Shown: positions 1-11,030 of the stretch, in pieces
How positions within the stretch are numbered: the first letter of the stretch is position 1
How the letters are laid out: each line of letters begins with the position of its first letter
Assembly: GCA_963748625.1 (NCBI GenBank)
Contig: CAVVJT010000003.1
Span: 64,001-128,000 of the forward strand
Direction of reading: 5' to 3'
DNA: 64,000 nt
Source: an uncultured Chloroflexia bacterium
GTDB lineage: Bacteria; Chloroflexota; Limnocylindria; Limnocylindrales; CSP1-4
Notes under the pieces: generated by a model
Database searches by the model: none
Told to the model about the DNA's origin: nothing
The model's input: only the letters and a program-made list of their open reading frames with translations
Made by a program: the position numbers and the translations under genes

Positions 1-828
1 GCGGCGAGGACCAGCCGGGCGGCGAGCCGATCACGGCCACGAATCCACTCTCGCGTGATCACTCGCTGCTCCGGCGCAACCTCCTGGGCAGCATCCTGGA
101 CGTGGTCGGGCGGCAACCTGCGCCACGGCACCGGCGACGTGGCGGTGTTCGAGATCGGCAAGGGGTACGCCCGGACGGGCACGCAGCCGCGGGAGTGGTG
201 GCGTCTGACCTTCGCCCTGGTCGGGGACGCGGAGCCGGCGGCCTGGAACCGCGTGGCCCGCCCCTACGACGTCGATGACGCCAAGGGCATCCTCGAGCTG
301 CTCGCACGGCGGGTGGGCCTGCCGGCACCCGCCTACGCGGCCGAGTCCGCCGAGCGGGTCTTCCACCCTGGCCGCACGGCCCGGGCATCGGTGCCGGGCG
401 GCCTCAATGCCATCATTGGTGAGCTGCATCCGGACCTGTACGACGCCTGGGAGCTGCGGACCGCCCGGCGCGTGATCCTCGCCGATGTCGCGCTGGCAGG
501 CCTTGCGCAGGGGCGGCTGTCTGCGGAGCGGGCACGGGTGGTTGGCCGATTTCCCGAAGTGGACCGTGACCTCGCCATCGTGGTCCCTGAGACGACGCCT
601 GCGGCGGCCGTCGAGGGCCTCATCCGCCACCACGCGGGCGATCTGTTGCGCGACGTCCGCCTCTTCGACATCTACCGCGGCGTGCCCCTCGATCCGGCGG
701 AGAAGAGCCTTGCATGGCGGGTCCGGTTCGCCGCGCCCGACCGCACGCTCACCGAGGCCGAGGTGGAGGCAGCCGTGGCTGCCGTGGTCACATCCCTGCC
801 GTCGGTGGGCGGTCGTCTCCGAACCTGA
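1..828 (+). CDS. pheT: Phenylalanyl-tRNA synthetase beta subunit, C-terminal part (5' truncated by window; frameshift near 110)
   Basis: NPLSRDHSLLRRNLLGSIL in one frame continues as FEIGKGY...FHPGRTA...GELHP...RFPEVDRDLAIVV...LFDIYRG...KSLAWRVRF...DRTLT (FDX-ACB domain) in another. Confidence 0.93.
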   Translation, partial: AARTSRAASRSRPRIHSRVITRCSGATSWAASWTWSGGNLRHGTGDVAVFEIGKGYARTGTQPREWWRLTFALVGDAEPAAWNRVARPYDVDDAKGILELLARRVGLPAPAYAAESAERVFHPGRTARASVPGGLNAIIGELHPDLYDAWELRTARRVILADVALAGLAQGRLSAERARVVGRFPEVDRDLAIVVPETTPAAAVEGLIRHHAGDLLRDVRLFDIYRGVPLDPAEKSLAWRVRFAAPDRTLTEAEVEAAVAAVVTSLPSVGGRLRT

Positions 829-928
829 CCAGCGACGCGTTGCCTTCGGCGTCGTGACGCTGCTACGCTGCGGGGCGGGGAGTAGGGCTGGCGCCCTTGT
901 GCCGGTCCCGTCACGACGAGGGTGGAGC

Positions 929-1513
929 GTGGACTTCGGGGCGTTTCTCGGTTCGCTGAACCTGGTCGATGTGATCATCGGCCTCGCGCTGTTCGGCATG
1001 TTCATCGTCGGCTACGCCCAAGGGGCGGTCCGTCGGGGCGTGGGCGTCGTGACGATGACGTTCTCGTTCTTCCTGGCCGGCCAGCTCAACCAGTGGCTGG
1101 GCAAGTTCCTGGCCGAGAACTGGCTGCAGTACCCGGCGGCCTACTCCTACATGATCGGCTACCTGATCCTCTTCCTCGCAGGCGTCGTGGCCTTCGCCGT
1201 GATCGTCCAGGTGACCTACAGCAAGGTCGAGATGTTCGTCCGGTTCCCCGTCCTGGACGAGGTGCTCGGCGGACTGCTGGGCGTGACCTGGGGGCTGCTG
1301 TTCCTGATGTTCATCGTGACCATCATGGGCACCTACTTCCTGGCCGCCCCGGTCGGGGACCCCGACGAGATGACGATCCTCCGCAGCATGTGGATGACGA
1401 TCGACGGCTCGTGGTTCGGGCAGCTGCTCATCAACCAGGTGATCCCGGTCTTCGTCTCATGGATGTCGTTCCTGCTGCCGACGTCGGTGAACGCGGTCTA
1501 CGGGGCCCGCTGA
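929..1513 (+). CDS. cvpA: CvpA family membrane protein (colicin V production-like)
   Basis: Hydrophobic protein starting [15 protein letters not shown] with [10 protein letters not shown] motif; pheT-cvpA-mutS2 synteny; GTG start inferred. Confidence 0.8.
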   Translation: MDFGAFLGSLNLVDVIIGLALFGMFIVGYAQGAVRRGVGVVTMTFSFFLAGQLNQWLGKFLAENWLQYPAAYSYMIGYLILFLAGVVAFAVIVQVTYSKVEMFVRFPVLDEVLGGLLGVTWGLLFLMFIVTIMGTYFLAAPVGDPDEMTILRSMWMTIDGSWFGQLLINQVIPVFVSWMSFLLPTSVNAVYGAR

Positions 1514-2181
1514 CGGACGACCGCGCAGCCGCCCTCAGGAGCGCATTCGACCGATCCCTGCTCCAGGCGCCAACCCTCGAGGCGGCGCGCGCGCTGCTGG
1601 GGGCTCTCCTCGTCCGGGACCCGGACCCGCAGGATGGCGCGACTGCCGTGCGCAGGATCGGGAGGATCGTCGAGGTGGAGGCCTACATCGGCCTGGACGA
1701 TCGCGCATCGCACGCACGCATGGGACCGACATCCCGCAACCGGGTGATGTTCGGGCCCCCGGGCATCGCCTACGTGTACCTTGTCTACGGCATGCACAAC
1801 TGTCTCAATGTCGTCACTGAGGGCACCTCCACGCCCGCCGCCCTGCTCATCCGCGCTGTCGAACCGGTCGCGGGCCTCGCGGCCATGCGGCACGCCCGCC
1901 GCCTCGACCGTCCGGGTGCCCGGCACGTGGCCGATGCACGCCTTGCTGCTGGTCCGGGCCTCGTGGGAGCGGCCTTCGGCGTGGACCGGAGCCTGAACGG
2001 GCTCGACCTGTGCTCCGCTGTATCCCCGCTGCGCCTCGCCCCGCGCGCACCCGGCGATCCGGAGCCCGCGATCGCCAGCGGCCCACGCGTTGGGATCGCC
2101 TACGCCGGCGATCCCTGGACGTCGCAACCCTGGCGCATGTGGGTGGCGGGCAACCCGTCGCTGAGCGGTGGAGCCCGCTAG
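1510..2181 (+). CDS. mpg: 3-methyladenine DNA glycosylase (MPG/AAG family)
   Basis: [49 protein letters not shown] motifs; probable CTG start overlapping the cvpA stop. Confidence 0.92.
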   Translation: MTDDRAAALRSAFDRSLLQAPTLEAARALLGALLVRDPDPQDGATAVRRIGRIVEVEAYIGLDDRASHARMGPTSRNRVMFGPPGIAYVYLVYGMHNCLNVVTEGTSTPAALLIRAVEPVAGLAAMRHARRLDRPGARHVADARLAAGPGLVGAAFGVDRSLNGLDLCSAVSPLRLAPRAPGDPEPAIASGPRVGIAYAGDPWTSQPWRMWVAGNPSLSGGAR

Positions 2182-2211
2182 CCGTGGACCCCCGATAGCC
2201 GTGGACCCCCG
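2179..2211 (+). repeat. Tandem duplication of 16 bp TAGCCGTGGACCCCCG (17-bp period) spanning the mpg stop and mutS2 start
   Basis: Copies at 2179-2194 and 2196-2211 read directly. Confidence 0.9.
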
Positions 2212-4606
2212 CTCGATCGCCCTCCTGGAGTTCCCACTCGTCCGTGCCCGACTCGCCGAGCGCACGTCCTTCGATCCTTCGAAGCGCCTCGCGGACGCCC
2301 TCGTGCCATCGGATGACCCGGTCCTCGTCACGCGTGCCCTCGATGAGACCGACCAGGCGCGGGCACTCCTGCAGGAGCGGGCCGGCGTCGGGATCGGCGG
2401 CGCGCACGATATCGACCCGTGGGTCGGGAGGGCCGCACGCGGGGGGCGCCTTGACGCGGCGCACTTCATGGAGATCGTGGACACGCTCGACGCGGCCGCG
2501 CACCTGGCGACCTCGCTCGCCGAAGAGCGCCGGCCGCTGCTGCGGGATCTCGGGCGGCGGATCCATGGCCTGCCCGCGCTGCGCAGCACGCTCGCGCGCA
2601 GCTTCGACCCCACGGGCGAGCTGCTCGACACGGCCTCGCCCCGCTTGGGCGGCCTGCGCGCGTCTGTTCGCATCGCCTACGACCGCCTGCGGCGGCGCCT
2701 CGACAGCCTCGTTGGCTCGGAGCTCGGCAGCGCGCTCCAGGAGCCCCTGGTCACCATGCGCAACGGGCGCTACGTGGTGCCGATCCGGGCCGACGCGCGC
2801 TCGAAGGTGAAGGGCATCGTCCATGACGCCTCCGGGTCCGGCGCCACGCTCTTCGTCGAGCCGCTCGTGATCGTGGAGCTCGGCAACGCATGGCGCGAGG
2901 CACAGGCGGCCGTTGACGAGGAGGTCGGCAGGATCCTCGATGAGCTGTCCGCGCTGGTCGGAGCCAATGCCACCCTGCTGCGGGAGACCCTCGAGGCCCT
3001 GGCCCAGTTCGACTTCTGGGCGGCCAAGGCCCAGCTGGCCGCCGAGATGGACGGGGTTCGCCCGGCGGCATCGGAGCGCCAGGAGGTCGTGCTCCTCTCC
3101 GCGCGGCACCCGGGGCTCACGGGCAAGGTCGTTCCGGTGGACATCCGGTTGGGTGACGGCTACACGGCGCTGGTGATCACCGGTCCCAACACCGGCGGCA
3201 AGACCGTGGCGCTCCGGACGCTCGGCCTGCTGGCCATCATGCACCAGGCCGGCCTGCACATCCCGGCTGAGGCCGGGTCCTCGCTGCCGGTGTTCCGTGA
3301 CGTCTTCGCCGACATCGGCGACGAGCAGTCGATCGCCCAGTCCTTGTCGACGTTCTCCGGGCACCTGCGATCGATCATCCGCATCGTGGAGAAGTCCGGC
3401 CCCGGGACCCTCGTCCTGCTCGACGAGCTCGGCGCAGGCACCGACCCGACGGAGGGTTCGGCGCTGGCCCAGGCGCTGCTCGACCACTTCATCCGGTCTG
3501 GCGCGCTCGTGGCGGCGACCACCCACTACGCGGAGATCAAGGTCTACGCCCACGAGACGCCCACCGCGCGCAACGCGTCGGTCGAGTTCAACCTCGAGAC
3601 ACTCTCGCCGACCTACCGTCTCACGATCGGCCTGCCGGGCGGCTCGCAGGCGTTCGCCATCGCGGAACGCCTGGGCCTGCCCGACACCATCGTCAATGAT
3701 GCCCGGAGCCGGCTGTCCGAGAACCAGAGGGCCTTCGAGTCCACCCTCGCGTCCATCAAGGTGCAGGAGCAGGAGATCGCCGAGGCGGTGGACAAGGCTC
3801 GCGCTGCGGAGGCACGGGCCGTCGAGGCTCAGAAGGCCGCCGAGGAGGAGCGCCGGCGCGCGCGCCGCGAGCGCGACGAAGCTGTGCGCGCCGCACGCGA
3901 GGAGGCACAACGCCTCGTGGATACCTTGCGTGAGGACGTCGCGGGCCTCCGCCGCAAGCTGGAGCGCGAGACCGTCACCGCACCGGCGATCGACGCCGCC
4001 CTCGCCCGCGCCGACCTGACGCTGGAGCGGCTGCCCGAGGCCAGGCCGGAGGTCCGTCGACCCGAGCCGGCTGTCCCGCGCACGTGGAGCCTGGGCGATC
4101 GCGCGCGCAGTCGCAGCGGCGGCTGGGAGGGCAGGATCGCGGCGCTCGAGAAGGGCGGGACGCGGGCCACGCTCGAGGCAGGCGGGATGCGGGTCTCCGT
4201 CGCCGTTGCGGATCTCGAGCCCGCGATCGGTGGGTCAGGCGGACCCGGGGCCGGGCATGCGCCCGAGACGGAGGCCGAGGCCGTCCGAGCGGCGACCCGG
4301 GCAGGCGCCTCGCGATCGACCCTTGGTGGCAGCATCTCGAACCTTGGCCTCGCCCGGGCCCGCTCGGTGGCCTCGTCGCTCGACCTGCGAGGCGCCCGCG
4401 TGGAGGAGGCACTCGAGGCACTCGACCGGTACCTCGATGACGCCTCACTGGCCGGCCTGGAGCAGGTCCTGATCATCCACGGCCTGGGGACGGGTGCGCT
4501 CCGGGATGCGGTCCGGGCGCAGGCGGGATCACACCCGCTGGTCAAGAGCTTCCGTGCCGGCGAGCGCGGCGAGGGTGGCGACGGGGCGACGATCGTCCGC
4601 CTCTGA
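2201..4606 (+). CDS. mutS2: Endonuclease MutS2 (ribosome-collision sensor/anti-recombinase) with Smr domain
   Basis: ITGPNTGGKT Walker A, ADIGDEQSIAQSLSTFSGH, LLDELGAGTDP, coiled coil, C-terminal LDLRG..IIHGLGTGALR Smr domain. Confidence 0.96.
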   Translation: MDPRSIALLEFPLVRARLAERTSFDPSKRLADALVPSDDPVLVTRALDETDQARALLQERAGVGIGGAHDIDPWVGRAARGGRLDAAHFMEIVDTLDAAAHLATSLAEERRPLLRDLGRRIHGLPALRSTLARSFDPTGELLDTASPRLGGLRASVRIAYDRLRRRLDSLVGSELGSALQEPLVTMRNGRYVVPIRADARSKVKGIVHDASGSGATLFVEPLVIVELGNAWREAQAAVDEEVGRILDELSALVGANATLLRETLEALAQFDFWAAKAQLAAEMDGVRPAASERQEVVLLSARHPGLTGKVVPVDIRLGDGYTALVITGPNTGGKTVALRTLGLLAIMHQAGLHIPAEAGSSLPVFRDVFADIGDEQSIAQSLSTFSGHLRSIIRIVEKSGPGTLVLLDELGAGTDPTEGSALAQALLDHFIRSGALVAATTHYAEIKVYAHETPTARNASVEFNLETLSPTYRLTIGLPGGSQAFAIAERLGLPDTIVNDARSRLSENQRAFESTLASIKVQEQEIAEAVDKARAAEARAVEAQKAAEEERRRARRERDEAVRAAREEAQRLVDTLREDVAGLRRKLERETVTAPAIDAALARADLTLERLPEARPEVRRPEPAVPRTWSLGDRARSRSGGWEGRIAALEKGGTRATLEAGGMRVSVAVADLEPAIGGSGGPGAGHAPETEAEAVRAATRAGASRSTLGGSISNLGLARARSVASSLDLRGARVEEALEALDRYLDDASLAGLEQVLIIHGLGTGALRDAVRAQAGSHPLVKSFRAGERGEGGDGATIVRL

Positions 4607-4664
4607 CCGCGGTGGCGGACCGGCCGGGACCAGGCGAGGCCGCCCGCGAGTGCCGGAGGAGACG

Positions 4665-7406
4665 CTAGGGTTTCGGGGTCGGCTTGTTGCCGCCGCCGTT
4701 GCCGCCGCCGTTGTTCCCAGCCGACGGCGCCGGAGACTCAGGTGGGAGCGACGGGCACGGCGAGAGCGGATCGGTGGACACGCAGACCGTCGGCGGTGGC
4801 GGACCGATGGGGCACTTCTTGGTGGGCACGAAGGCGCCGCCCCATGTCCGGCCGAACGGGTAGAACCCGCCACCGTAGAAGTACGCCGTCCGCGTCCGCT
4901 TCGGGCCGCCTGAGACGCCGGGGCCCTTGGCGGCGCGCTGCTGCCAGCCGATGTCGGCCTTCTGCCAGGACTTGAAGCCGGACTCGACCTTGGAGAAGTC
5001 CACGAACGTCTTGGACACCATCGGCCCGACGCAGCCTTCGCGCCAGAGCAGGCCGCTGGCCTGGTCGATGTCGGCCTTGCGCGCGATATCGCCCGTGGTC
5101 TCAGGCTGGGTGCCGGGGATGAAGAGCTCCTCGACGGTGCGCCTGGTCGAGGCGCCGGGGCGCATGCCCGTGAACGCGTCAACCTTCGCGGTGACGAGGC
5201 CCTTCGGCTTCACGCGGCTGAACTTGTCCACCGGATAGCCCTTGGAGACCTCGGACAGGATCGCCGACCAGAGAGGGGCGGACGTGTCGAGCGAGAGCTT
5301 GCCGTCGTTGGGCGTGCTGTCCGAGTTGCCCATCCAGACGCCGGCGACCAGGGCGGGCAGGTCCTTGTCCGCGGGCGGGGCCAGGTACCCGTAGGCATGC
5401 ACGTCCTTGTTGTCGCTCGTGGTACCCGTCTTGTACGCCGCAGGGCGGGACTTGTTGCCGTTGATGCCGTCGGTGATCTTCCACTTGCCCCAGAACGGGT
5501 TCACGCTCTCGATGGTGTTGCCGGCGAGGATGTCGGTGATGATGTACGCCGCCTGCCTGGACACCACGCGCTCGCCCTTGACCTCCACGCCCTCCTCGGG
5601 CCAGACCTGCTTGCCGTCCGCATCGACGACGCGGAGGATCGTGTGGCGCGGCATCCGGACACCGCCGTTCGCGATCGTCCCGAACGCGGTGATCATGTCG
5701 ATCGGGTGCACATCGAGCGTGCCGATGCTCTGCGACGCAACCGGTCCCGCGCTGGGGAGGTAGCTCAGCCCGAAGTCCTTGGTGCGGTTGAACTGGTGCT
5801 CGAGACCGTTGAGGAAGCCCGCCTTGATGGCCGGCACGTTGAGCGAGAACTGCAGGGCGCTACGCAGCCGGACGGGGCCGCGCTCCAGGCCGTCGGCCTG
5901 GATGGGGGTGAAGGGCGCGGCGCCTGCGGACGCGAAGTTGGTGACGACGTCCATGAACATGGTGGACGCGGTCATGGTCTTGTCGTCCACGCCGATCAGG
6001 TAGACGATCGGCTTGATTGACGAGCCGGGCTGACGCCAGCCGTCCGAGAGGACATCGAACTGGGGCTGGAACTTCTTGTTGCCCTTGCCCGTGTAGGACG
6101 CCGAACCCGCGTAGGCGAGGACCTCGCCGGTCCGGTAGTCCATCACCCCTGCGGCGTCGTTGTGGATGTTGTGGCCCCGGAGGCCCAGGATCCAGGACCA
6201 CTGGCTCTTGGGAATGCCGCGCGCCTTCAGGAGCGCCTGGGGGTCCTTCGCGTTGGGGATGATGGCAGCGGCGTGCGCCCACTTCTCGGTGATGCGCTGC
6301 ATGCGGTAGTCCAGCGTGGTGGTGACGGTGTAGCCCGCACTGTCGATCTTCTCGCACTGGGCTTCACCGCAGATGAGCTGCGAGAGCTCCTCGCGGACCT
6401 GCCAGACGAAGTGCGGAGCGCGCCACTGCTCGCCACCCTGCTCGGCCAGGATCACGGGCTCCACCTTGGCCGCCTCGTAGTCGGCGCTGGTGTACTTGCC
6501 CTGGAAGGCCTCGCTCGTCTTCGGTGAGCGGGTCTTCATGAACTCGAGGATCTGGTTGCGGCGCAGGACGACCGCGCTGTCCTGCGGGACGACGAGGCGG
6601 GTCTGCTCCTTGCCGTTTTCGTCGGTGTAGGTCTCCTCGACGGCGTTGAGCACCAGGTCGTAGTTGGAAGGGGATTTGGGGATCCCGGCCAGGATCGCCC
6701 ACTGGGCAAGCGAGAGGTCCTTGAGGTCCTTCTTCCAGTACGTCAGGGCCGCTGCCGCGGCGCCGTAGCTGCGGTTTCCGTAGTAGTTGTTGTTGAGGTA
6801 GGAGGTGATGATCGCCTGCTTGCCCTCATCGCCCGGATACGCCTCGGTGAGGCGGATCGACTGGATGATCTCCTTGAGCTTGCGCTGGTAGATGTCGGCA
6901 TCGGGCGACACGACATCTGCCGGAAGGAGCCGACTGCGCACGAGCTGCTGGGTGATCGTGGAGCCACCACGGTCATTGCCCTGGAGGGTGTCGATGGCCG
7001 CCGCCACGAAGGCGAGCGGATCGAAGCCGGAGTTCTCCCAGAAGGTCTTGTCCTCGATCGAGGTGGTGGCGTCCAGGAGCTCGGGCGGCACGGTGTCGTA
7101 CGTCACGAGCTCACGCCGGTCGGTGCCGAGCTTGGCGAGCATGACCTTGCCCGTGCGGTCATAGATCGTGGACTGCTGCGCGAACTCGATCGCCTCGAGG
7201 GCGCGCTTCGGATCCGGCAGGTCCTTCGCCAGGAACGAGTAGCCGGCCACCGCGAAGGTCGCGCCGGCCGCACCAAGGAGCAGCAGGGTGGTGAACAGGA
7301 AGAGCGGGATCGCCAGCGCGACGTACTTGACGGCGCCGGTGCCACGCGGGCGGCGCCGGGCGGCCTCACGGCGCTGGCGCTGCCTCCGGTTGAGGCTGGT
7401 CTGCAT
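4665..7406 (-). CDS. Class A penicillin-binding protein (transglycosylase/transpeptidase), paralog 1
   Basis: N-terminal TM; EDKTF, GGSTITQQL, RKLKE, YLN GT51 motifs; SSIK, SLN, KTG transpeptidase motifs. Confidence 0.93.
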   Translation of the reverse strand: MQTSLNRRQRQRREAARRRPRGTGAVKYVALAIPLFLFTTLLLLGAAGATFAVAGYSFLAKDLPDPKRALEAIEFAQQSTIYDRTGKVMLAKLGTDRRELVTYDTVPPELLDATTSIEDKTFWENSGFDPLAFVAAAIDTLQGNDRGGSTITQQLVRSRLLPADVVSPDADIYQRKLKEIIQSIRLTEAYPGDEGKQAIITSYLNNNYYGNRSYGAAAAALTYWKKDLKDLSLAQWAILAGIPKSPSNYDLVLNAVEETYTDENGKEQTRLVVPQDSAVVLRRNQILEFMKTRSPKTSEAFQGKYTSADYEAAKVEPVILAEQGGEQWRAPHFVWQVREELSQLICGEAQCEKIDSAGYTVTTTLDYRMQRITEKWAHAAAIIPNAKDPQALLKARGIPKSQWSWILGLRGHNIHNDAAGVMDYRTGEVLAYAGSASYTGKGNKKFQPQFDVLSDGWRQPGSSIKPIVYLIGVDDKTMTASTMFMDVVTNFASAGAAPFTPIQADGLERGPVRLRSALQFSLNVPAIKAGFLNGLEHQFNRTKDFGLSYLPSAGPVASQSIGTLDVHPIDMITAFGTIANGGVRMPRHTILRVVDADGKQVWPEEGVEVKGERVVSRQAAYIITDILAGNTIESVNPFWGKWKITDGINGNKSRPAAYKTGTTSDNKDVHAYGYLAPPADKDLPALVAGVWMGNSDSTPNDGKLSLDTSAPLWSAILSEVSKGYPVDKFSRVKPKGLVTAKVDAFTGMRPGASTRRTVEELFIPGTQPETTGDIARKADIDQASGLLWREGCVGPMVSKTFVDFSKVESGFKSWQKADIGWQQRAAKGPGVSGGPKRTRTAYFYGGGFYPFGRTWGGAFVPTKKCPIGPPPPTVCVSTDPLSPCPSLPPESPAPSAGNNGGGNGGGNKPTPKP

Positions 7407-7498
7407 CGAGCGGAACGATACCATGCAGGGGTTGGACTGCCCGTTGCCCCCATCGAGCAGTCCGGTGACGCTCTTCCTGCATTGTGTGTGACGACCTG

Positions 7499-8812
7499 AT
7501 GACCGACACTCCCGGCGACGCGCTAGCCCCCGGCCTCGCGACGCTGCTCGACGACCTCGAGTGGCGCGGCATCCTGCACGCCACGACACCCGGCCTTGCC
7601 GAGCGGCTGGCGACCGGGCGGCCGATCAGCGCGTACATCGGGTTCGACCCCACCGCGGACTCGCTGCACATCGGGCACCTGATCCCGATCTTCGGTCTGC
7701 TGCGCCTCCAGCGGTGTGGCGGGAGGCCGGTGGCGCTCGTCGGTGGTGGAACGGGAATGATCGGCGACCCGTCGGGGAGGTCCACGGAGCGCAATCTGCT
7801 CGACCGGGAGACGCTTGCGCACAATGTGGCTGCCATCGGGGCGCAGCTCGCGCGCTTCCTCGACTTCAACCCGGGGCCCGCGCAGGCCGTGATGGCCAAC
7901 AACTTCGACTGGCTGGGCTCCATCTCGCTGATCGACTACCTGCGCGACGTGGGCAAGCACTTCTCGATCGGCTACATGATGGCCAAGGACTCGGTGCAGA
8001 CGCGCCTGGAGAAGGGCCTCTCCTTCACCGAGTTCAGCTACATGACGCTCCAGGCGTTCGACTTCGCGACCCTGTTCCGGGAGCACGGCGTCGAGATGCA
8101 GATGGGTGGCGCCGACCAGTGGGGGAACATCACCGCGGGCCTGGAGCTGATCCGGCGCACGTCGGGTGGCGGCGAGGAGAGCCCCGCACACGGCATCGCC
8201 TACAAGCTGCTGCTTTCGCCCTCGGGTGCGAAGTTCGGCAAGAGCGAGGCGGGCGAGTCGGTATGGCTCGATGCGGCGCGCACGACGCCCTACGCGTTCT
8301 ACCAGTACTGGGTGAACGTGGACGACCGGGATATCGGCACCTACCTGCGCTGGTTCACGCTCTGGGATCGCGCGGAGATCGAGTTGCTGGACGCCGAGGT
8401 CGCCGCGCACCCCGAGATGCGCGAGGCGCAGAAGCGGCTCGCCTTCGACATCACGGCCCGCTGCCACGGCGAGGCGGCGGCGCAGGAGGCGGTGGCCGTG
8501 TCCGTGGCGCTCTTCCAGCGCGAGCCCGTGACGGATCCCGCCCTTCTCGCTGCGGTCCATGCGGCAACCAGGGGCGCGACGCTGGCACCGGAGCTGGTGG
8601 CAGCGGGCGCCGCGGTGCTCCTGGCGGAGGCCGGGCTGGCGCCGTCCCGGGGCGAGGCACGCCGCCTGGTCCAGGGTGGCGCGATCACGGTCAACGGCGA
8701 ACGCATCACGGATGCCATCGCGCCGCTCCCGGCACCGCTGGCCGGGGAGTGGCTGGAAGTCCGTGTGGGCAAGCGCAACCGGACTGTCGTTCGGGTGGCA
8801 GGCCCCGCCTGA
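7499..8812 (+). CDS. tyrS: Tyrosyl-tRNA synthetase
   Basis: YIGFDPTADSLHIGH, QMGGADQWGNI, KFGKS, C-terminal S4 domain. Confidence 0.97.
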   Translation: MTDTPGDALAPGLATLLDDLEWRGILHATTPGLAERLATGRPISAYIGFDPTADSLHIGHLIPIFGLLRLQRCGGRPVALVGGGTGMIGDPSGRSTERNLLDRETLAHNVAAIGAQLARFLDFNPGPAQAVMANNFDWLGSISLIDYLRDVGKHFSIGYMMAKDSVQTRLEKGLSFTEFSYMTLQAFDFATLFREHGVEMQMGGADQWGNITAGLELIRRTSGGGEESPAHGIAYKLLLSPSGAKFGKSEAGESVWLDAARTTPYAFYQYWVNVDDRDIGTYLRWFTLWDRAEIELLDAEVAAHPEMREAQKRLAFDITARCHGEAAAQEAVAVSVALFQREPVTDPALLAAVHAATRGATLAPELVAAGAAVLLAEAGLAPSRGEARRLVQGGAITVNGERITDAIAPLPAPLAGEWLEVRVGKRNRTVVRVAGPA

Positions 8813-8848
8813 TCGCGAGCGGCCGTCAGGGGTCGCTGGGTCGGGCGG

Positions 8849-9616
8849 TCAACCCCGCCCGGCGTCCCCGTGGCGACCACGCAGGACCTCGATCACCTCG
8901 CCCGGCTCCATCCCGCGCTCCGCGAGCAGCACCAGCGCGTGGTACACGAGGTCGCCGGCCTCGCCCGCGAGCAGCTCGCGCGTGGTGGCGCGTCCGACCC
9001 CCGCAGCCTGCGCCGCCTCGTCGTTCTTCGCCGCCAGCAGCACTTCGGTGGCCTCCTCAGCCACCTTCCGTCCGGCGAGGTCCACGCCCCCCTCGAGCAG
9101 CGTGACGGTGTACGAGCCCCTCGGGCGGGTCTGCGCCCGACCCGCGATCGTGGTCCACAGGGACTCCAGCCAGCCGAATCCCTGCGGAGCCGGACCTGGC
9201 GCCCCGGCTCGTTCGACGGGCACCTCCGCGGCGGCATGCCCGGCCACCGCGCCCGACAGGGCGTCGGGATCGAAGCAGGAGCGCGTCTCGCGATGGCACG
9301 TCGGACCGGCGGGCTCAGCCCCGATCAGCAGTGCGTCGCCATCGCAGTCGAGGGCCAGCGAGCGGAGCCGGAGCACGTTGCCCGACGACTCGCCCTTGCG
9401 CCACAGCTTGCCGCGCGACCGGGAGTGGAAGTGGACCTCGCCCGTGCCCAGGGTGGCAGCCAGTGCCTCCACGTCGAGCCAGCCGACCATCAGGACGCGC
9501 CCATCGGCCACATCCTGGACCACCCCTGCGACCAGGCCCGAGGTGTCCCAGCGCACGACCTCGGGATCGAGGCCTGCCTCGAGGTCGACGGGACCGGGTT
9601 GCGTGCCGGGAGTCAT
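8849..9616 (-). CDS. hisIE: Bifunctional phosphoribosyl-AMP cyclohydrolase / phosphoribosyl-ATP pyrophosphatase
   Basis: [30 protein letters not shown] followed by [16 protein letters not shown]. Confidence 0.95.
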   Translation of the reverse strand: MTPGTQPGPVDLEAGLDPEVVRWDTSGLVAGVVQDVADGRVLMVGWLDVEALAATLGTGEVHFHSRSRGKLWRKGESSGNVLRLRSLALDCDGDALLIGAEPAGPTCHRETRSCFDPDALSGAVAGHAAAEVPVERAGAPGPAPQGFGWLESLWTTIAGRAQTRPRGSYTVTLLEGGVDLAGRKVAEEATEVLLAAKNDEAAQAAGVGRATTRELLAGEAGDLVYHALVLLAERGMEPGEVIEVLRGRHGDAGRG

Positions 9617-10407
9617 GCGTCGTTCTCCTGGGGGAGCATGCGGACCGCGAGGCCGGCGGCGGCCATCACGGCCTTGACCTGCGCGATCGTGTACTCGTTG
9701 CGATGGAAGATGCTCGCCGCGAGGACGGCGTCGGCGCCACCGTCGCGGATCGCCTCGACGAAGTGGTCCGGACCGGCAGCCCCGCCCGACGCGATCACCG
9801 GAACCTCCACCCGCGAGCTGATGGCCCGCAGGAGAACGGTGTCGAAGCCGGACTTCGTGCCGTCACGATCGATGGACGTGACGAGCAGCTCGCCGGCGCC
9901 GAGTGCGACGGCCCGCAGCGACCAGGCGATGGCGTCGAGGCCCACCGACTCGCGGCCGCCGTTCACGACGACCTCGAAGCCCGACGGGATCGTGGCGGAC
10001 ACGGGCACGCGGCGGGCGTCGATGGCCACCACCACCGCCTGGGCCCCGAAGCGCGCCGAGCAGCGGGTGACCAGGTCGGGATCGGCGACCGCGCGGGTGT
10101 TGAGCGACACCTTGTCGGCGCCGGCGCGCAGCACGTCCCGCATGTCCTCCACGGAGCGCACGCCACCGCCCACCGTGAGCGGGATGAACGCGCGCCGCGC
10201 GGTCCGCTCCACGATGTCGAGCAGCGTGCCGCGGCCCTCCGGGGCAGCGGAGATGTCGAGGTAGACGATCTCGTCCGCGCCCTCGCGCGCGTAGCGCTCA
10301 GCGAGCTCGGGAGGATCGCCCTCATCCACGAGGTTCACGAAGTTGGTGCCCTTGACGACGCGCCCGTTCGCGACGTCGAGGCAGGGGATGACGCGCCTGC
10401 ACAGCAT
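9613..10407 (-). CDS. hisF: Imidazole glycerol phosphate synthase cyclase subunit
   Basis: [40 protein letters not shown]. Confidence 0.97.
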   Translation of the reverse strand: MLCRRVIPCLDVANGRVVKGTNFVNLVDEGDPPELAERYAREGADEIVYLDISAAPEGRGTLLDIVERTARRAFIPLTVGGGVRSVEDMRDVLRAGADKVSLNTRAVADPDLVTRCSARFGAQAVVVAIDARRVPVSATIPSGFEVVVNGGRESVGLDAIAWSLRAVALGAGELLVTSIDRDGTKSGFDTVLLRAISSRVEVPVIASGGAAGPDHFVEAIRDGGADAVLAASIFHRNEYTIAQVKAVMAAAGLAVRMLPQENDA

Positions 10408-11030
10408 CAGGCTGCCCCCGCCAGTTGGACGACGTTCGCGACGAGCCGCAGACCGTTGTCGCCGGATCGCTCGGGGTGGAACTGCACGCCGAGCAGACGC
10501 CCGCGCGCGACCGCCGAGACGAACGTCCGGCCATGGTCGGTCTCGGCAAGGACGACCGCGTCAGCGTCGGGACCTGACGGCGCAGCCACGTACGAGTGCA
10601 CGAAGTAGAAGTCGGCCCCCGATGCGATCCCCGCGAAGGCCGGGTGGTCGTGGCGGCGCACGACCTGGTTCCAGCCGATGTGGGGCAGGGTGGGCGCACC
10701 TTGGAGCCGGACGGTCCGCCCGGGCAGGATCCCGAGGGTCTGCGCGCCGTCCTCGTCGCTGCCGTCGAACAGCAGCTGGAGGCCCAGGCAGATGCCCAGC
10801 AGAGGGCGATCGTCTGCGATCCACGCCCGGATGGGCTCGACGAAGCCACCCGCGCGCAGGCGGTCCATCGCCGGCGCGGCCGCCCCCACGCCCGGAACGA
10901 CGAGCAGGTCCGGGTCGCCGATGTCGGCGGCGTTGACGGCCCGACGCACACGGGCGCCGGCCGCGACGAGCGCCTGCTCGATGGAGACGAGGTTCCCGGC
11001 CCCGTAGTCCACGACCACCGCGTCGGTCAC
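10407..11030 (-). CDS. hisH: Imidazole glycerol phosphate synthase glutaminase subunit
   Basis: [32 protein letters not shown]. Confidence 0.96.
   Translation of the reverse strand: MTDAVVVDYGAGNLVSIEQALVAAGARVRRAVNAADIGDPDLLVVPGVGAAAPAMDRLRAGGFVEPIRAWIADDRPLLGICLGLQLLFDGSDEDGAQTLGILPGRTVRLQGAPTLPHIGWNQVVRRHDHPAFAGIASGADFYFVHSYVAAPSGPDADAVVLAETDHGRTFVSAVARGRLLGVQFHPERSGDNGLRLVANVVQLAGAA

Noticed and set aside
1847-3910. Long antisense and alternate-frame ORFs (here and throughout, e.g. 16419-18542, 29419-31377, 35057-37039, 49921-51960)
   Set aside because: Shadow ORFs of high-GC coding sequence opposite well-identified genes; Arg/Ala/Gly-rich with no motifs
4686-4715. Short repeat TTGCCGCCGCCG
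   Set aside because: Encodes the low-complexity NGGG tail of the PBP
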